From NCBI RefSeq assembly GCF_009914755.1, contig NC_060929.1: a stretch of 64,000 nucleotides of DNA. One strand, written 5' to 3'. The position numbers and the translations under genes are program-made. Positions 16,891-29,269 of this stretch are shown here, piece by piece. Each line of letters begins with the position of its first letter. Within the stretch, counting starts at the first letter, position 1. This DNA comes from the human T2T-CHM13v2.0 reference genome, Homo sapiens. The notes beneath the pieces are model-generated. The model saw nothing but the letters and a program-made list of their open reading frames with translations. It was not told the origin of the DNA and ran no database searches.

Positions 16891-19564
16891 TTTCAAGGAA
16901 ACCAAGCATAGGGTGAATCTTCAGATAAAATGGTAGATACAGGCTGCCTGGGACATTCATTATTTCCCGTTAATTCTGGAACCATGTGGTTCATGCAGTG
17001 GGGATTATGAGTGGCAGGAATCTTCAAAGGGGGATCCTTTTGTACTTTGGGGCTTTAAATCAGCTATAACATCACCAACACTCATGTCTCAAGGGTAATC
17101 TCCTAGAATCTAATATGTGTATAATAAGATCCCCAACACAATTTCTAAAGCACTAGATTGTTCTTGGTAAGGAGTGTAGTAGCCAGATTTTTACACTCTT
17201 TCTGGTACTTATCCCAGTCACCTTCCTCACTTTATATGTAACTCACAAAGCTAAGCTTCTAGCAGTCTTGTTGGTACTGTGAGTCCATACCCCTGGTTCT
17301 GTTTGATTATCCAGGAGTAGACATTTGACTCTAGATGGGCTAATGAGATGCTCTCTCCTAGTAGATAAGACTTGGGGCCCAGAGACAGTAAGTTAAAAAA
17401 TACCTGTGAAATGCATGAGATAGACATTTTCTGCCATGGGGGCACAGATGCAGAGAGTTCTTTTGCAGAAAGAAGTATAAGCATAGCAAGACAGTGAGTT
17501 GAAAAGGAGCATTTAGAGATGGAGATAGAGATATATAAAAAGAGACCACATAAAATTGAGAAAGATTTCATCCTGACATTCCAGTTCCTTCTAGAGACTT
17601 TGTTTCATTACTTTCCATGTATTTGTTTAACTGATTCTTTAATTTTCTACCCTCTACCCTAAACTAGTATATGTTGGTATCTGTTATTCTGACAAAGAAA
17701 ATAATCCTAATTTATACAGGGAGTGAAATTCTTCTAATGCAAAACTTACTATTGAGCTGTGGCCAATGCAGCTGTTAACAGCAGCATTAGCTTTCACATA
17801 TCATGGCCACTACTTCATCAGTTTGTGGATTCTACACACCAGGGTGTACTCAAATTACTTAATAGTGTTTCTACCTTGATGCAAATAACCCTTTATGGCA
17901 TCCCAGAATCTCAGCAAAAGGGGTTACTTCTCAGGTCAGCTATTTTAATCCAATCAGAATTCTTTCCTTTGATTTCCCTGCCAGTTTTTGCTTAAAATTT
18001 TCCATGGCTGGGAAGTAAAGCATAAGAGAGTGAGCATGGACTTAGATTAATCCAGCTCTTTGTTCAAAACCTGCTCTGCAACGTTCCAGTCTTAAAATCC
18101 TAATTACTTAGCCTCTATGACTCTTTCTTTCCTCACTTGCAAATGGAGATTAAAATGTTCTACTTTATGGATTTTTTAATGGAGATTTTATGGAACAAAG
18201 TATGCAAAATGCCTGCTCTAGTGCCTACTCTATAGTAGATACTTAATAAATATTATTCATTCCCAGCTTTTTAAGCAATGCATCAGTCATTCTCCTTTAT
18301 GCTGAAACAGTGGCTCCTAACTGTGTAGTTTGCAGTATCCCTATATAGGATTAACAGGCAGTCATGGTGACTGAGTCTAAAAGCCTGAAATCAAATCCTA
18401 GACCTACTGCTTTCTTGTAGAACCTGTGATAAGAGAATCTGTGAAAACTTCCCCAGATTCCTTTAAAATGAGGAGGTGGACTAGTGCACACTTGAGATCC
18501 CTTTACAATGTGAAATACTGTGACTCTAGTATTTGTCCTTTAGGTTATGATTTTATTTATATTAAATAAATTATCATACTTCCCACTCTAAAGTGCTATT
18601 GGATGGTAAACAATAAGTACTTTTCTGCGGTATATTTCCTGTGGCAAGAAAAAAAATATTAGTGACTTCAGAATAAATCATTTTGAACTTTGGAAAGATC
18701 TAATTGTCAAGTATCTCTATAGAGTCGACAAAATTTTCCTCAATCCAAGTAATTAGCCCTACTTCTTCCTTTTCCTTGGTCAGTAGCTCTGGTCCCAGAA
18801 TAAGATCAGGTGTGCACTAACTTGTCTTTGTCCCTTCCTAATTTCTTTTCTTCTTCTAATAATATGTGCTAGCTACTCAGCTGCTTTCCTTCATCTTAAG
18901 CCCCCATAGCTTGAAATTTTGTGAAGCCGTAAAGATGAACTCTACTGGAAAAAGATATTCTGGCTGACAGTGGAACATTGGAATACATGATTGTTTTAGA
19001 AATGACTTTTTTCTAATAGTCCATTGATGATGTTTCAGTAAAGTGGAGGTTTGAATAAATGTTTTCTTGGCTTAGCCTTCTCCTACGTGCCAAGCCTCAC
19101 CCCATCCTTCCTCAGCTTGCTCTCAGTCCCTAGCTTTAATCAATTTATGCATTCATTGATTGATTGACTCCTTGAATATTTATTGAGTTGCTACTACATA
19201 TAAAACCCTATGTTAATTTCTGACACATTTCAAAGATAAAAAATATTTGAACCTTGCCCTCAGGGAACTCACAGGCTAGTAGAAGAGATATGATAAACAT
19301 ATATATGCAATCAAAACCCAAGGAAGAAATAATTAATATCGTAGCTCAAAATTTTTCAAACCATAAATTGCAGCCCATTTGCAGGACATAAAATCAATTA
19401 GTAGGTCATGACCACATTAAAAAATTAAATGGAATAAAAATATTTAAGTGAATCACAAATTAAGGATACATGTTGTTTTGTGAAAGTTTTATTTAAGTTA
19501 CGTGTGTGTGTGTGTGTGTGTGTGTAGGACTATAGTGTAATATGAAGTGTTTTTACTATTCATC

Positions 19565-19939
19565 TGATGTGGTTTCGTTCTGTGTCCCCACCCAAATCTC
19601 ATTTCGAATTCTAATCCCCATGTGTCAGAGGAGAGACCAGGTGGGAGGTGATTAGATTATGAGGCTGGTTCCCCATGCTCATGTTCTCATGAGAGTGAGT
19701 GAGTTCTCACTAGAGCTGATGGTTTTAAATTGTGGCACTTCCTTGTGCTCCCACACACTCCCTCCTGCTGCCTTGCGAAGAAGATGCCTACTTCTCCTTC
19801 ACCTACTAAGTTTCCTGAGGCCTACTAGCCACGCTTCCTGTTAAGCCTGCAGAACTGTGAGTCAGTTAAACCTCTTTTCATTAAAATGACTCGGTTTCAG
19901 GCAGTATTCTTTACAGCAGTGTGAGAAGAGACTAATACA
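19565..19939 (+). mobile_element. MaLR solo LTR (MSTA/MSTB-like)
   Basis: TGATGTGGTTT..TGTGTCCCCACCCAAATCTCAT...GAACTGTGAGTCAGTTAAACCTCTTT...GACTAATACA. 5-bp TSD TCATC/GCATC. Confidence 0.88.
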
Positions 19940-20320
19940 GCATCACACTAAAAAGTCTGAAGACACTAGCTTAGGAGAGACACATAAAGAAACCCCTCTC
20001 GGGCTTAATGTGCCTATGAATCAGCCAGGAATCTTGTTAGGATGAAGTTTCTAATTCAATTGCTGTGTGCTGGGGCCTGAGATTTTGTTTCTATCAAACT
20101 TCTAGATGCTGCTGTTGCAGCTGATCCACCCAAGGAGACAAAGTGCTAGATGGAGAGACTATTTCCAGGGGAACAACCTGAGAAATCCCTGAAGTCATTC
20201 GTTTGTGACTTCAAGTGCCTCCAAGGAATAAAAGAAAATACGTTTTTCCCTTCCTTTTCTCGTTTTTGCTTTTGGTTGATTGATAGAAATCCTAACTTAC
20301 GCCATTCTTCACCAAGGGCG

Positions 20321-20347
20321 GTTGCTGTCCAGCTTCCAGGTGCTGAA
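20321..20347 (-). promoter_or_regulatory. Candidate non-canonical RE1/NRSE (REST site) with 8-nt spacer
   Basis: Minus strand reads TTCAGCACC-TGGAAGCT-GGACAGCAAC: a perfect left half-site and a near-perfect right half-site. Confidence 0.55.
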
Positions 20348-20964
20348 TGTTAAAACCAAGGGACCAGATCTGTTTCAGACCAGTTATTGTGAAAAGCTCC
20401 ACCGTTTTATCTGAGGGTTGGCCCCCAGTTTCCCATCGTGTCTTAAACATCGGTGCCTTTCTCTACAATGTCCCCTGCAATTAACAGCAGACTCCTTCCT
20501 ATAAAGTAGGCTTTTAAAAACAGAAGCAATAAGAGTTTTATTTATTTTACCTTCTACCTGTTACCACATTACATCAGGGCTTCACTTGCACCCAGATAGC
20601 TGCCTTGACTTCCTAATGGTTTTCTCTGCCTGCAGTTCCTTTTCTTTCTCCCTCTACCCCCATCTCTTCCCCTCTTAAGCAATCCTGTACAGGGATATAC
20701 TGCTCGAGCTAAAATGAAGCTTCCATTATTTTACTGCTTAAAACACTTCAGTGACCCCCGCCCACCCATTGCCTAGGGAAGTTCTCTGCCCCTACCAAGC
20801 TTGTTTGCTGCTGTTCCAATGCGTCTTTCTTCATCCTTCATTTTGACCTCTCACATCCTCCTCTCACTTTTCCAGCTATTCGAATCCTGCCTACTCTTTA
20901 GGTTTTAGCTTAAATCCCACTTCTTTCATGAAGCCTTTTTTGGAAACTCCAGAGGAAATGAATC

Positions 20965-21015
20965 TCAATCTCTCTCTCTCTTTCTTTCTCTCTCTCTCTC
21001 TTTCTCCCTTTCCCC
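20965..21015. repeat. (CT)n / pyrimidine microsatellite
   Basis: TCTCTCTCTCTCTTTCTTTCTCTCTCTCTCTC. Confidence 0.85.
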
Positions 21016-21479
21016 GCTTTTGCTGATGACTCGTCTCAGTAATGCTGAGCATAATTTGTGTACTGGCCTGTGGCAGAAAAAGCCCAGGACTGGCAGGAGG
21101 AGACCAGACTGGGGGCTGACCAAACTGGATGTGTGTGACAGCGGGCAAGCCACGTGTCTTCCCTGAGGCTCAATTTCCCCACTAAGATGAGAAGATTGGA
21201 GACAATGATGTCTAAGTAATCGCACATGGTGTCCAGTATTATGTGTGTTTTGCTAACTTTGTCTCTTTAAAGTTCTCATTTTCTACTACTGTGAAATTTT
21301 CTTATTTTAATTATCCTTCTTGTTAGTATTGAGCTATTACCCATCTTTTAAATTGTCTTTTTAAAAATTCTCGTGTTTTTGTTTTTCTTACTCATATCAT
21401 AAAAGAACCTCATTTTACGGCTAGGGCAATGAGGCCCAGGGAGAGCCTGCCTAAGGGCACGCAGAGCAAAGAATACAAC

Positions 21480-23560
21480 ATTACACCCAACTACGGAGGG
21501 CCCTGTGCTCCGGACGCTGCCCGGCGTCGCTCAGAGTGGGTGCTCACAAATTATTTGTCAATTGATTGGAGGTTGCCAGGCCCATCTTGCAAGACACCTC
21601 CCTTCTCCCTGGAAGGAGAAACCCTTGGGAGTCTGTTGGTTAACGGGAAAAGTGCTTTCTCTGAGAGGAAGGCGGGGCAAGCCGGAACAAGCTCTCGCTG
21701 GGAATCCGCACACTCCTTCTCCCGGTGTTTCTTAACCCCTTTCTTCTCCCGGGAGTGGAGAGGGGGCTCAAGGATACTAGAAACCTGTCCCCTTGGCGGA
21801 GACACGTAGTCGCCTCTGGCCGCCGCGGCCGACTGATCTTGCGGAGTGGAGCTCCCCCCACCCCGCCCGCGTTTCGCTGGGGCTCCCTCCGCTCTGCAAA
21901 GGGAGCGGGGAGCTGGGGGAGCCTTGCACACCAGTCTTCCTGGAGCTGCAGACGAGGAGCCCCGCGCCTTCGGGAGCCTCTCGGCGGCTTCCCCTCTAAC
22001 GCGCGACTGTGCAGCCTCTCCCCGCCGCCCCCACCCGCGGCTCGCCCTCGCTCCCTCCCTCCAGCCCCGCCAGCCGGAGCGCGCACACCGGGACTCCGGC
22101 ACGTGGGCGCGCGGGAGGTGGCGGCCGCTGCTGCCGCTGCTGCCGCTGCCGGAGCCCGAACCCAAGCCCCAGCTGGAGCCGGAGTCGGAGCCGGCGAGAT
22201 CGCCCTCCATGCTGCGGGAGCTGCGGCCGCCTTCCGCTCAGCCTCTGGTCCCAGGCGAGCCTGGCGAGCCGGCGAAGCACCGGCGGGGAGGAGGACTAGA
22301 ACAGGAGGAGGGGCACGGCGGATTGAAGCGAGCTGGGCTGTGAGCAAGGGACACCCACAGCCTGGAGAAACAGCCCCGCTCTCTTGCGCGCTGTCTGCTC
22401 CAGCCGCTACTGGGGGCTCTAAGCAGCGCGATGCTGCTTCGCTTCTTCTAGGCGGCGGCCGGCGGAGGCTTTCCGCAGCCGCTTGGCCGGCGCCGGCCCC
22501 TATTCCGTTGGCAAGTCCCTTGTCTATCCCGGAGGGCGCACCCGGACGCTCGAGCCGGAGCGAGCGCGAAGTCCGAAGTCCGCCCCCAGAGCCGCCAACT
22601 TCCCTGTGAGCCCCTCTCCCCGCCGCAGCCTGCGCCAGACCTGGGAGCGATGCGCCCCCACCCGGGCGGCGCGCCCTCTGCCAACTCGCCACCCATGGGA
22701 TCGACTGCCCTCAGCTGCCCGGCTTGGAGTGCGTAGCCTTCGCCGCGTGGCCCAGGAGAGGAGCGAGACACCAAGGCGTTTCGCGGACTCCGCGCGCACC
22801 AGTCGGCTTGGTGGCCCTGCGGGATAGCGTTTATACCCAGGGGTGAGTAGGCCGCTAATGGAGGCCCCCTTTACCCCCAGCTAGCGGCTTGCATGGACGG
22901 CAAAGAGACGGGAGAAAGTTGGGTCTCCTTGCGCTTAATCTGGCATTGGCAGAGGAATGCAACACTGTTTCCTCCAACTCGATTGCCGCGGGGGTTTCCC
23001 CAGTTCCCTCCATCTCTAAGCCAAGGAGGGAGTCCCCTTCCGCTTCCTAAGGAGAAAAGGGGCTCCCTAGAGCAGATCGCTGACTTCCTCACCAACGTGC
23101 CATTTGGGGCTTTTCAGCCGCCCGCGCGTTAAGCTAGCTCCCAGCATAAGCGCTTAGAGATCCGCAGCCGCCTGGGCGCGCTAAGAGATCGTGGGCAGAC
23201 CTAGCCCTTAGGGCAGCCTAAGCGCGCTTCACTAAAGAAAAAAGACTGTTGGTATATTAAAGAAGTGTGTGTGTGAGAGAGAAAGAGACAGAGAAAGAGA
23301 CAGAGAGACATGGGTGGGGGCACCAGGAAAGGTAGCCCGAGTAGGAGGTGCTAGTGAAATTTATCTTTTGCTGACGGATCCAGCCTCCGGAATGCCCGAT
23401 TGTCTTGATCCGCGGTGCGGTGCGGGTTTTAGGGGCGCACAATACAGGGTGTCCAGACAGAGTCCAACAGGTGGCCTGCGCGGGCATCCTGTGGCTAGGC
23501 GCGGGGGAGGGGAACGGCTCCCTCCCCGAGCCCCGGGCTGCCTCTGCTGCTTCTAGGGGT
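21480..23560. promoter_or_regulatory. CpG island promoter
   Basis: Sharp switch to very GC- and CpG-rich sequence (many CGCG and GCGGCCGC sites). GC boxes at ~21861 and ~22020, E-box CACGTG at 22100-22105. No interspersed repeats inside. Confidence 0.93.
22050..22842 (+). other. Probable non-coding first exon (5'UTR) of an unidentified + strand gene; 5' boundary approximate
   Basis: Lies inside the CpG island and ends at the consensus donor CCAGGG|GTGAGT (intron from 22843). All four ATGs in it (22209, 22431, 22650, 22695) reach a stop before the donor. Confidence 0.65.
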
Positions 23561-24296
23561 GCATCTGAACATGGATAAGGAAATGCGCTCCCTGCTCTCA
23601 GGCCCTATTTGGGGTGAGTGTGTGAGGCATCCAAATGCCTCCTGTCGGAAAACAGCGGCCTCATTGTGTGCCCGATTGAGGTTTCAACTTGCAGGCAACT
23701 GAGAGGCCATTCAGCTGGGCAGCACGGAGTTGGCTGGTCCTCGGACTTGAGCCATGGCCTTCCCCACGATCCCTGGCGGCAGTATCCCAGCTCCTCCGGC
23801 TGGGCGGCGAGCCAAAACTCATAGTTTCGCTCCTCTGTACTCCACTGAAGGGAGGGGGAGTTGCCTAAACACCAGGCGTTTTTATCTTGAGATTCATACA
23901 CAAGGGCAGGTATGGGCATACACGTGTTGTGTGCGAGTGAGCGTGGAGACAAGTCGAGTTTAAGAGCTGGATGGAAGAAATTAGAAAACTCTGCACCCTC
24001 CAGGGAGACAAATTAGGAGAGGGCGCGGTTGAGCTTTGAAAAAGTTTCACCTGAACTCACCTTTCTTCGGTGACTTCAGGTGTGCCAAGTGCAAAATATT
24101 CTAATCCCTTAAAGCTGTGGCCCCTCCAAAGCAGCATCTTCCAAAATTGCCCAGTAACTTCTTCATGAGTAACTTCTTCATTCCTCGGCTTACTCATTTG
24201 TAGGTTGGGGACAATTATCCGCATTCATGGGAGAAGCTCTGGAATGTCTATAAAGGAGGTATTTAGAGATGGATGTCCAGTTGGAAGGTAGAGCAG

Positions 24297-24297
<1 letters not shown>

Positions 24298-24334
<37 letters not shown>
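24298..24334. repeat. (TG)n microsatellite, ~18 units
   Basis: Perfect TG run. Confidence 0.95.
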
Positions 24335-24336
<2 letters not shown>

Positions 24337-24929
24337 CGAGGGGAAATTGGGGGAAAGGGAGAGCTGTCTGGAACCTACATACATAGTAGGCACTCCGTTT
24401 TTACTTAGATTTTGTATTTTTAGGAGGTTGGTTGGCTTTGGCAAGAGTGATGGAGATTTGGGGAAGCTAATGCTTTCCCAGCACACACTTGGCGCTGCCA
24501 CATCGCTGCCGACCTACTGTGGAGTGAGATGTTTGTATATTGGAAACAAAGTGATGGACACTCCAAAACACAAAAGAACCCTCTGCTGTTGACGCTTGCC
24601 CCAGTGGCTTTCCCTCCAGAGGAAGTTCTGGAGACCACAGCTGTTTAGCCTTGCTGCCTTAATACTCTGGAATTTTCCTGCATCCTTCCAGCCCCAATTT
24701 AGTTTCCCTCCTAAGGAGCGCCCTCCTCACCCAGGGCCTCTGGCAGCAGATCATCAAGGATATCTAAGTAGAGTGATTTCCCAGATGTGTAGCACACACT
24801 GGGTGATTCAGCATGGGGCGCATGCCTCTCCACAAACATGCTGGAGCCTTGACGTTTGAAAGGGAGCCAGGAGCTGGGGGCCAAGAGGAGAATGGGCAGG
24901 GAGATATTATGCATTACAGAAAGACAGTC

Positions 24930-25250
24930 AGACAGTAGTACAGAGTCAGAGTAAGAAGAAAAAGGAGAAAGACAGAGGGGCACGAGAGGGAGGGACAGAG
25001 GGGCAGAAAGAGATGGAGAGAGAGGCAGAGACACACAGAGATAGAAAGAGAGAGGGAGGGCAGAGAGAAGACAAGAAAGTTACAGGGTAGACAGGGCAAA
25101 GAATAAGAGGAGGCAAGAGTGGCAGAGAGAAAGGGATGGAAGGGAAAATAAATCTGAAGAAGAGTGTGAGAAAAGAGAACAAAAAGGGAAAGGAGTGGGA
25201 ATGGGTGGGGAAGTCAGATGGGGAGGAGGGAAAGGGTGGGGAAAGAGAGG
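24930..25250. repeat. Purine-rich (GA) low-complexity tract
   Basis: Mostly A/G on the + strand over ~300 bp. Confidence 0.8.
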
Positions 25251-26039
25251 TGCCCTGAAGACACATTATTTTTGTAGTTAATTTTCGTAAACCATGCTGC
25301 CATTCTAAGGACGTTGACATAGTCCAGATCCTTAAGTAGCCAGCCCTTGGTTCATGTTTGTTTCTCTGGGGAGTCATGAATTATGCAGAAATTGGACACC
25401 CACTTGGAACCCATTGGAGATGACACAAGTGTAGGAAGTTTAGATTCTTGGTAAATGCACACATGCATAAATGCATTTGTAGTCATTGTTTTTGTTTGTT
25501 TGTAGTTTTCTGGGTAAATACATGTTGGAGAATTGAGGCAGAGTGTTGGCTCACTGACAATATTTGCCAATGATTCTCTAACCTTGTTTTTAGAAAAATC
25601 TCTTCAGTAGCTTCCGAGAAATACAGACTACTGGACCCACTCCCCTGGGAGCCTGTTCCAATAGGGACCGGAATGTGCTACTTTGAGTGCCCCAGTTGGT
25701 TCTAAAGCAGGTGGTCCCTGAACCAGGCTTTGATACACGTGGTGTAGATGGTATAGCACCCTTCTCTAATTTGTTTCTGGATTTCTTCGTAAGAGATACT
25801 CTTTAACACCTCTCTCTCTTATGCTATTCTCTCCAGAAAAGCTTATTTCTTGTGAATTTCTCTTGATAAAAGGAGAAGCCCAAGGAAGTTGCTCAGCCAG
25901 GGTTACCTTCATCAGCCTCATTAATCACAGTAGCTCCAGGGGAAGGCAGATGGCTCCTCTGGTTGACCTTGTCAGGGGCTTTCACAACTAACAGGTACTG
26001 AGGACTCCTCAGGGCATTGCCTTCAGCATTCTTCATGTA

Positions 26040-26240
26040 CTATCTGCCCATTTAAAACTCACAGAAAGCTATGCCACAGGCACTGTTATTATCATCTGCA
26101 TTTTAGCTGAGGAAACTGAGACTTTGAGAAATTATATAATGTGTCTCAGAGAAATTACTTTAGTTGTCAGCAGTCTAACTACTAGAAAGTACAGTGCTAA
26201 AATTTGAGTCCAGGCGTGGTTGACTTCAAGATCTCTGGTC
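26040..26240 (-). mobile_element. MIR SINE
   Basis: TTATTATCATCTGCATTTTAGCTGAGGAAACTGAGACTT matches the MIR core. Confidence 0.7.
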
Positions 26241-27898
26241 CTAATTATGTACCGTGGTAGCTGCTAATCCTAACACCCCATTCTAGGCTGATGGAGCCAA
26301 AAGTCCTTGGAGATCTTTCCCAAGCATTCTCCCTCCCCACTCTACCATTTGAGAAAAACAAAAGTAGCTGAAGAAACTGGGAAGTGTCTTGCCAGAGATC
26401 CTATAACCAGTAGGTGCCAGAACTTGGACCAGCACCCAGTCTGGAGTCTCAGTCCAGCCTTCTTCTCACCACACCAGTAGTTGTCATGTGTGGCTAATCA
26501 TCAAGGTCACTTACATCTTAGTCAAAACACAAGTTGCTGGACTCCCCTAAAGGCTTACTGAATCAAAACCTTGGGGCAGAGAGGCCAGAGATCTATATTT
26601 TTAGCCCATGCCCCAAGCCTACATCTATTTATACACTACCATTTTCCCCAGTTGTTCCCTCACTCCCGGATTCCAACACTGGTTCCCTTCCAGACAGCTT
26701 CAAGAGGAGAACTCTGAGTCCCTCCTGCTTCCAGCCAAATAGAAATACAAAAAGTAGTAAACTCCATGCGTGTTGCAGCCCACTGATATGCAAGGAAACA
26801 AGCAGGTCCACCTGGAGGCAACTTTGCAAGCTCTTTGAGAAGTATAGCAATCACAGTGATGTTTGTTATACTCGTTTTTTTTTTTTTTTCCCAGTGCCAA
26901 GTCGGAAAGCACTTATGGAAACATCAAATGCTCCTTCGGTGCATGAGTGTCGGCATTTGTACTAATACTTGACACAAAATGATGCCATGAGCCAGGGCCA
27001 ATGTGTCACTATGTCAAAAGTGTCAAGTTCAGTGTCCCAATTTAGTGGATGTAGCTGTGGTGTAAGAAACACCCCTTTCCTCCCCTTCATTATTAAGCTT
27101 TTGACTCCCTCAGAATAGATCAGTGCCTCATTCTGCAAGTAAAAAGGAGCTATCACACACACTCTGTCTCTTTCTGGCCCACTTAAATTGTTTTCTCAGT
27201 GACCTCAACATCTTTTCCCTTCTATTTCATTGAAAAGTGGCCAAAGGTACCAGACATCTTGTCCAGCAAACTGTTTTGTCATCTTTCCCTTTTCAGATCC
27301 AAATTTATCTTTTTGAATATTTTGCTTTTAACCCTGACCTCTTATTCAAGGGTGGTAATTGAGCCTTAGGTAGCTTTGATAAGCAACTCTCTGATACATG
27401 TATTTTAAATAACCACAGTCATTTATGGATAGAACACAAACCAAGGAATACCTTATATTTTTAAAGGGCTTCATTAATATGCTGGACACTTTTTTTTTTT
27501 TTGCCATTTCAGTGGTCAGAACCTACTTTCCTGGGATGACTGGCAGTGGAGAAGTAAAAGTTGAAAGGAAACACTTAATGGTTAAGTTGGGCCCCGAGTG
27601 CAGACAACTAGGGGTCAAGGCCTACCCTCACCTGCCTTGCTTTTATAACTTTGGTCTGGTGATTTGACTTCATCAAGTCTCCATTTCTTCATGTACAAGT
27701 TGAAGACAGTAATAGGTTGTCTTATGTTGCAAGGATTTACCTTGATGAATGATTGAAGTGCTTAGCATGGTGTCCTGCGCACCTGTCAGCTAGCATTTTT
27801 ACTGCTTTTTGTTAAATATTTGCTATGTGCCAGGTTCCATTTAACCCAGGAGCTGATGTTGGGAAGGTTAAGCAATTTGGCCAGTTCACACAGATTCT

Positions 27899-28366
27899 CT
27901 CTTTATTTTATTTTATTTTTATTTATTATATTATTATTATATAATATAATAATATTATTAATTATATTAATTAATATTGTTACTGATATTAATTATATTA
28001 ATTAATAATGTTACTGTTATTATATTAATTAATAATATTACTGTTATTAATTATATTAATATAAATTAATATTATTATATGAGACAGGGTCTGGCTCTGT
28101 TGCCCAGGCTGGAGTTCAGTGGTACCATCTTGGCTCACTGCAACATCCACCTCCTGGGTCAAACCATCCTCCCACTGCAGCCTTCCGAGTATCTGGGATT
28201 ACAGACATGCACCACCACGACTAGCTAGCTAATTTTTGCATTTTTTTTGTAGAGATGGAGGTTTTGCCATGTTACCCAGGCTAGTCTCAAACTCCTGAGC
28301 TCAAGCAATCCTCCATCCTTGGCCTCGCAAAGTTTTGGGATTACAGGTGTGAGCCACTACTTGGCC
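27899..28366 (-). mobile_element. AluJ-type element with an expanded AT-rich tail, inserted in a MIR
   Basis: Alu body ~28080-28366, tail 27899-28080. TSD CACACAGATTCT at 27887-27898 and 28367-28378. Confidence 0.92.
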
Positions 28367-29269
28367 CACACAGATTCTAAGTAGCAGACTGACAGAATCC
28401 AGATCTCTCCTTTTTAAACTCCCCATACCCTTACTATTGCATTGCTGTGAGTCACTGGTCCTTATACTTTAAGACACTGTTGTATATGAAACACATTCTG
28501 GTTTGTATTTTTAAAAACCCATTGCTGAGAATGTTGAAGAGAAGAGTGGGAATCTTTTGAACTTTGGGGGATAATTTTTAGGTGGTGAAATCGCCTCCAA
28601 ATATTTGCTTTTACTTTTCTAGCAATTAGGATGTTTCATAGATCCATCCCCTGCTGCAATTGCTTGGCTGACTCCCATCTGTTTATAAGGTCTCAGCATA
28701 GATATTGCTTCTTTGGGAAAAATCTCCCTTGAGTCCTCAAAGACTGTGTTAGATGTCTTTATAATGTGTTCCTCCATTTAAACTGGAGTATACTTGTCTG
28801 TTTACTTCTCTGTATCTGCCATTCAGTCTATATATAAGCTTCTTGAGATCAAGGGACTGGTTTTATTGGAAGTTGGATCTACAGCACCCAGGTCAGTGCC
28901 TGACATATAGAAACCTCACAAAAACATTTTTGGATGACTAATTGAAACTTTGAGCTAATTCTATGTGGTTCAGAAAAAGTGGCCATTGTCCTTAAATGCT
29001 AAAAGAAAAATCATCCAAACATAGGAGTTGAAAGCCATGAGGTCTAATGCGTCCCTAGAGGCTCCAGTTCTTCACATAGGCATGTAATGGTATCAGTAGT
29101 TGTTGATTAACTATGTTGGTAGCTTTGGGCAAGTTTCTTTGTGATGTTGCTTAAGATGTAATTAGAAGGGACATTCTGATTTATAAGTTAATGTGATTTT
29201 ATCTGTACATCTAATTAGTTGCTCAGAAAGACACGTTTGATTCTCAGCCCAAAAGTTTGAAAAACTAAT

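Noticed and set aside
21551-22827. Long overlapping ORFs (219-350 aa) on both strands of the CpG island
   Set aside because: They are Ala/Arg/Gly/Pro-rich with no recognisable domain, and several start at non-ATG codons. Stop codons are rare in very GC-rich DNA, so such ORFs are expected by chance.
22050-22842. Assigning a gene symbol to the CpG-island gene
   Set aside because: No coding exon lies in the window and I do not reliably recognise the 5'UTR. A BLAT of 22300-22850 against the human genome would settle it.
25960-26510. Nuclear-receptor half-sites (TCAAGGTCA at 26501, TGACCTTG at ~25964)
   Set aside because: Short motifs expected by chance in 64 kb, and one appears to sit in a MER5-like repeat. 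No further support.
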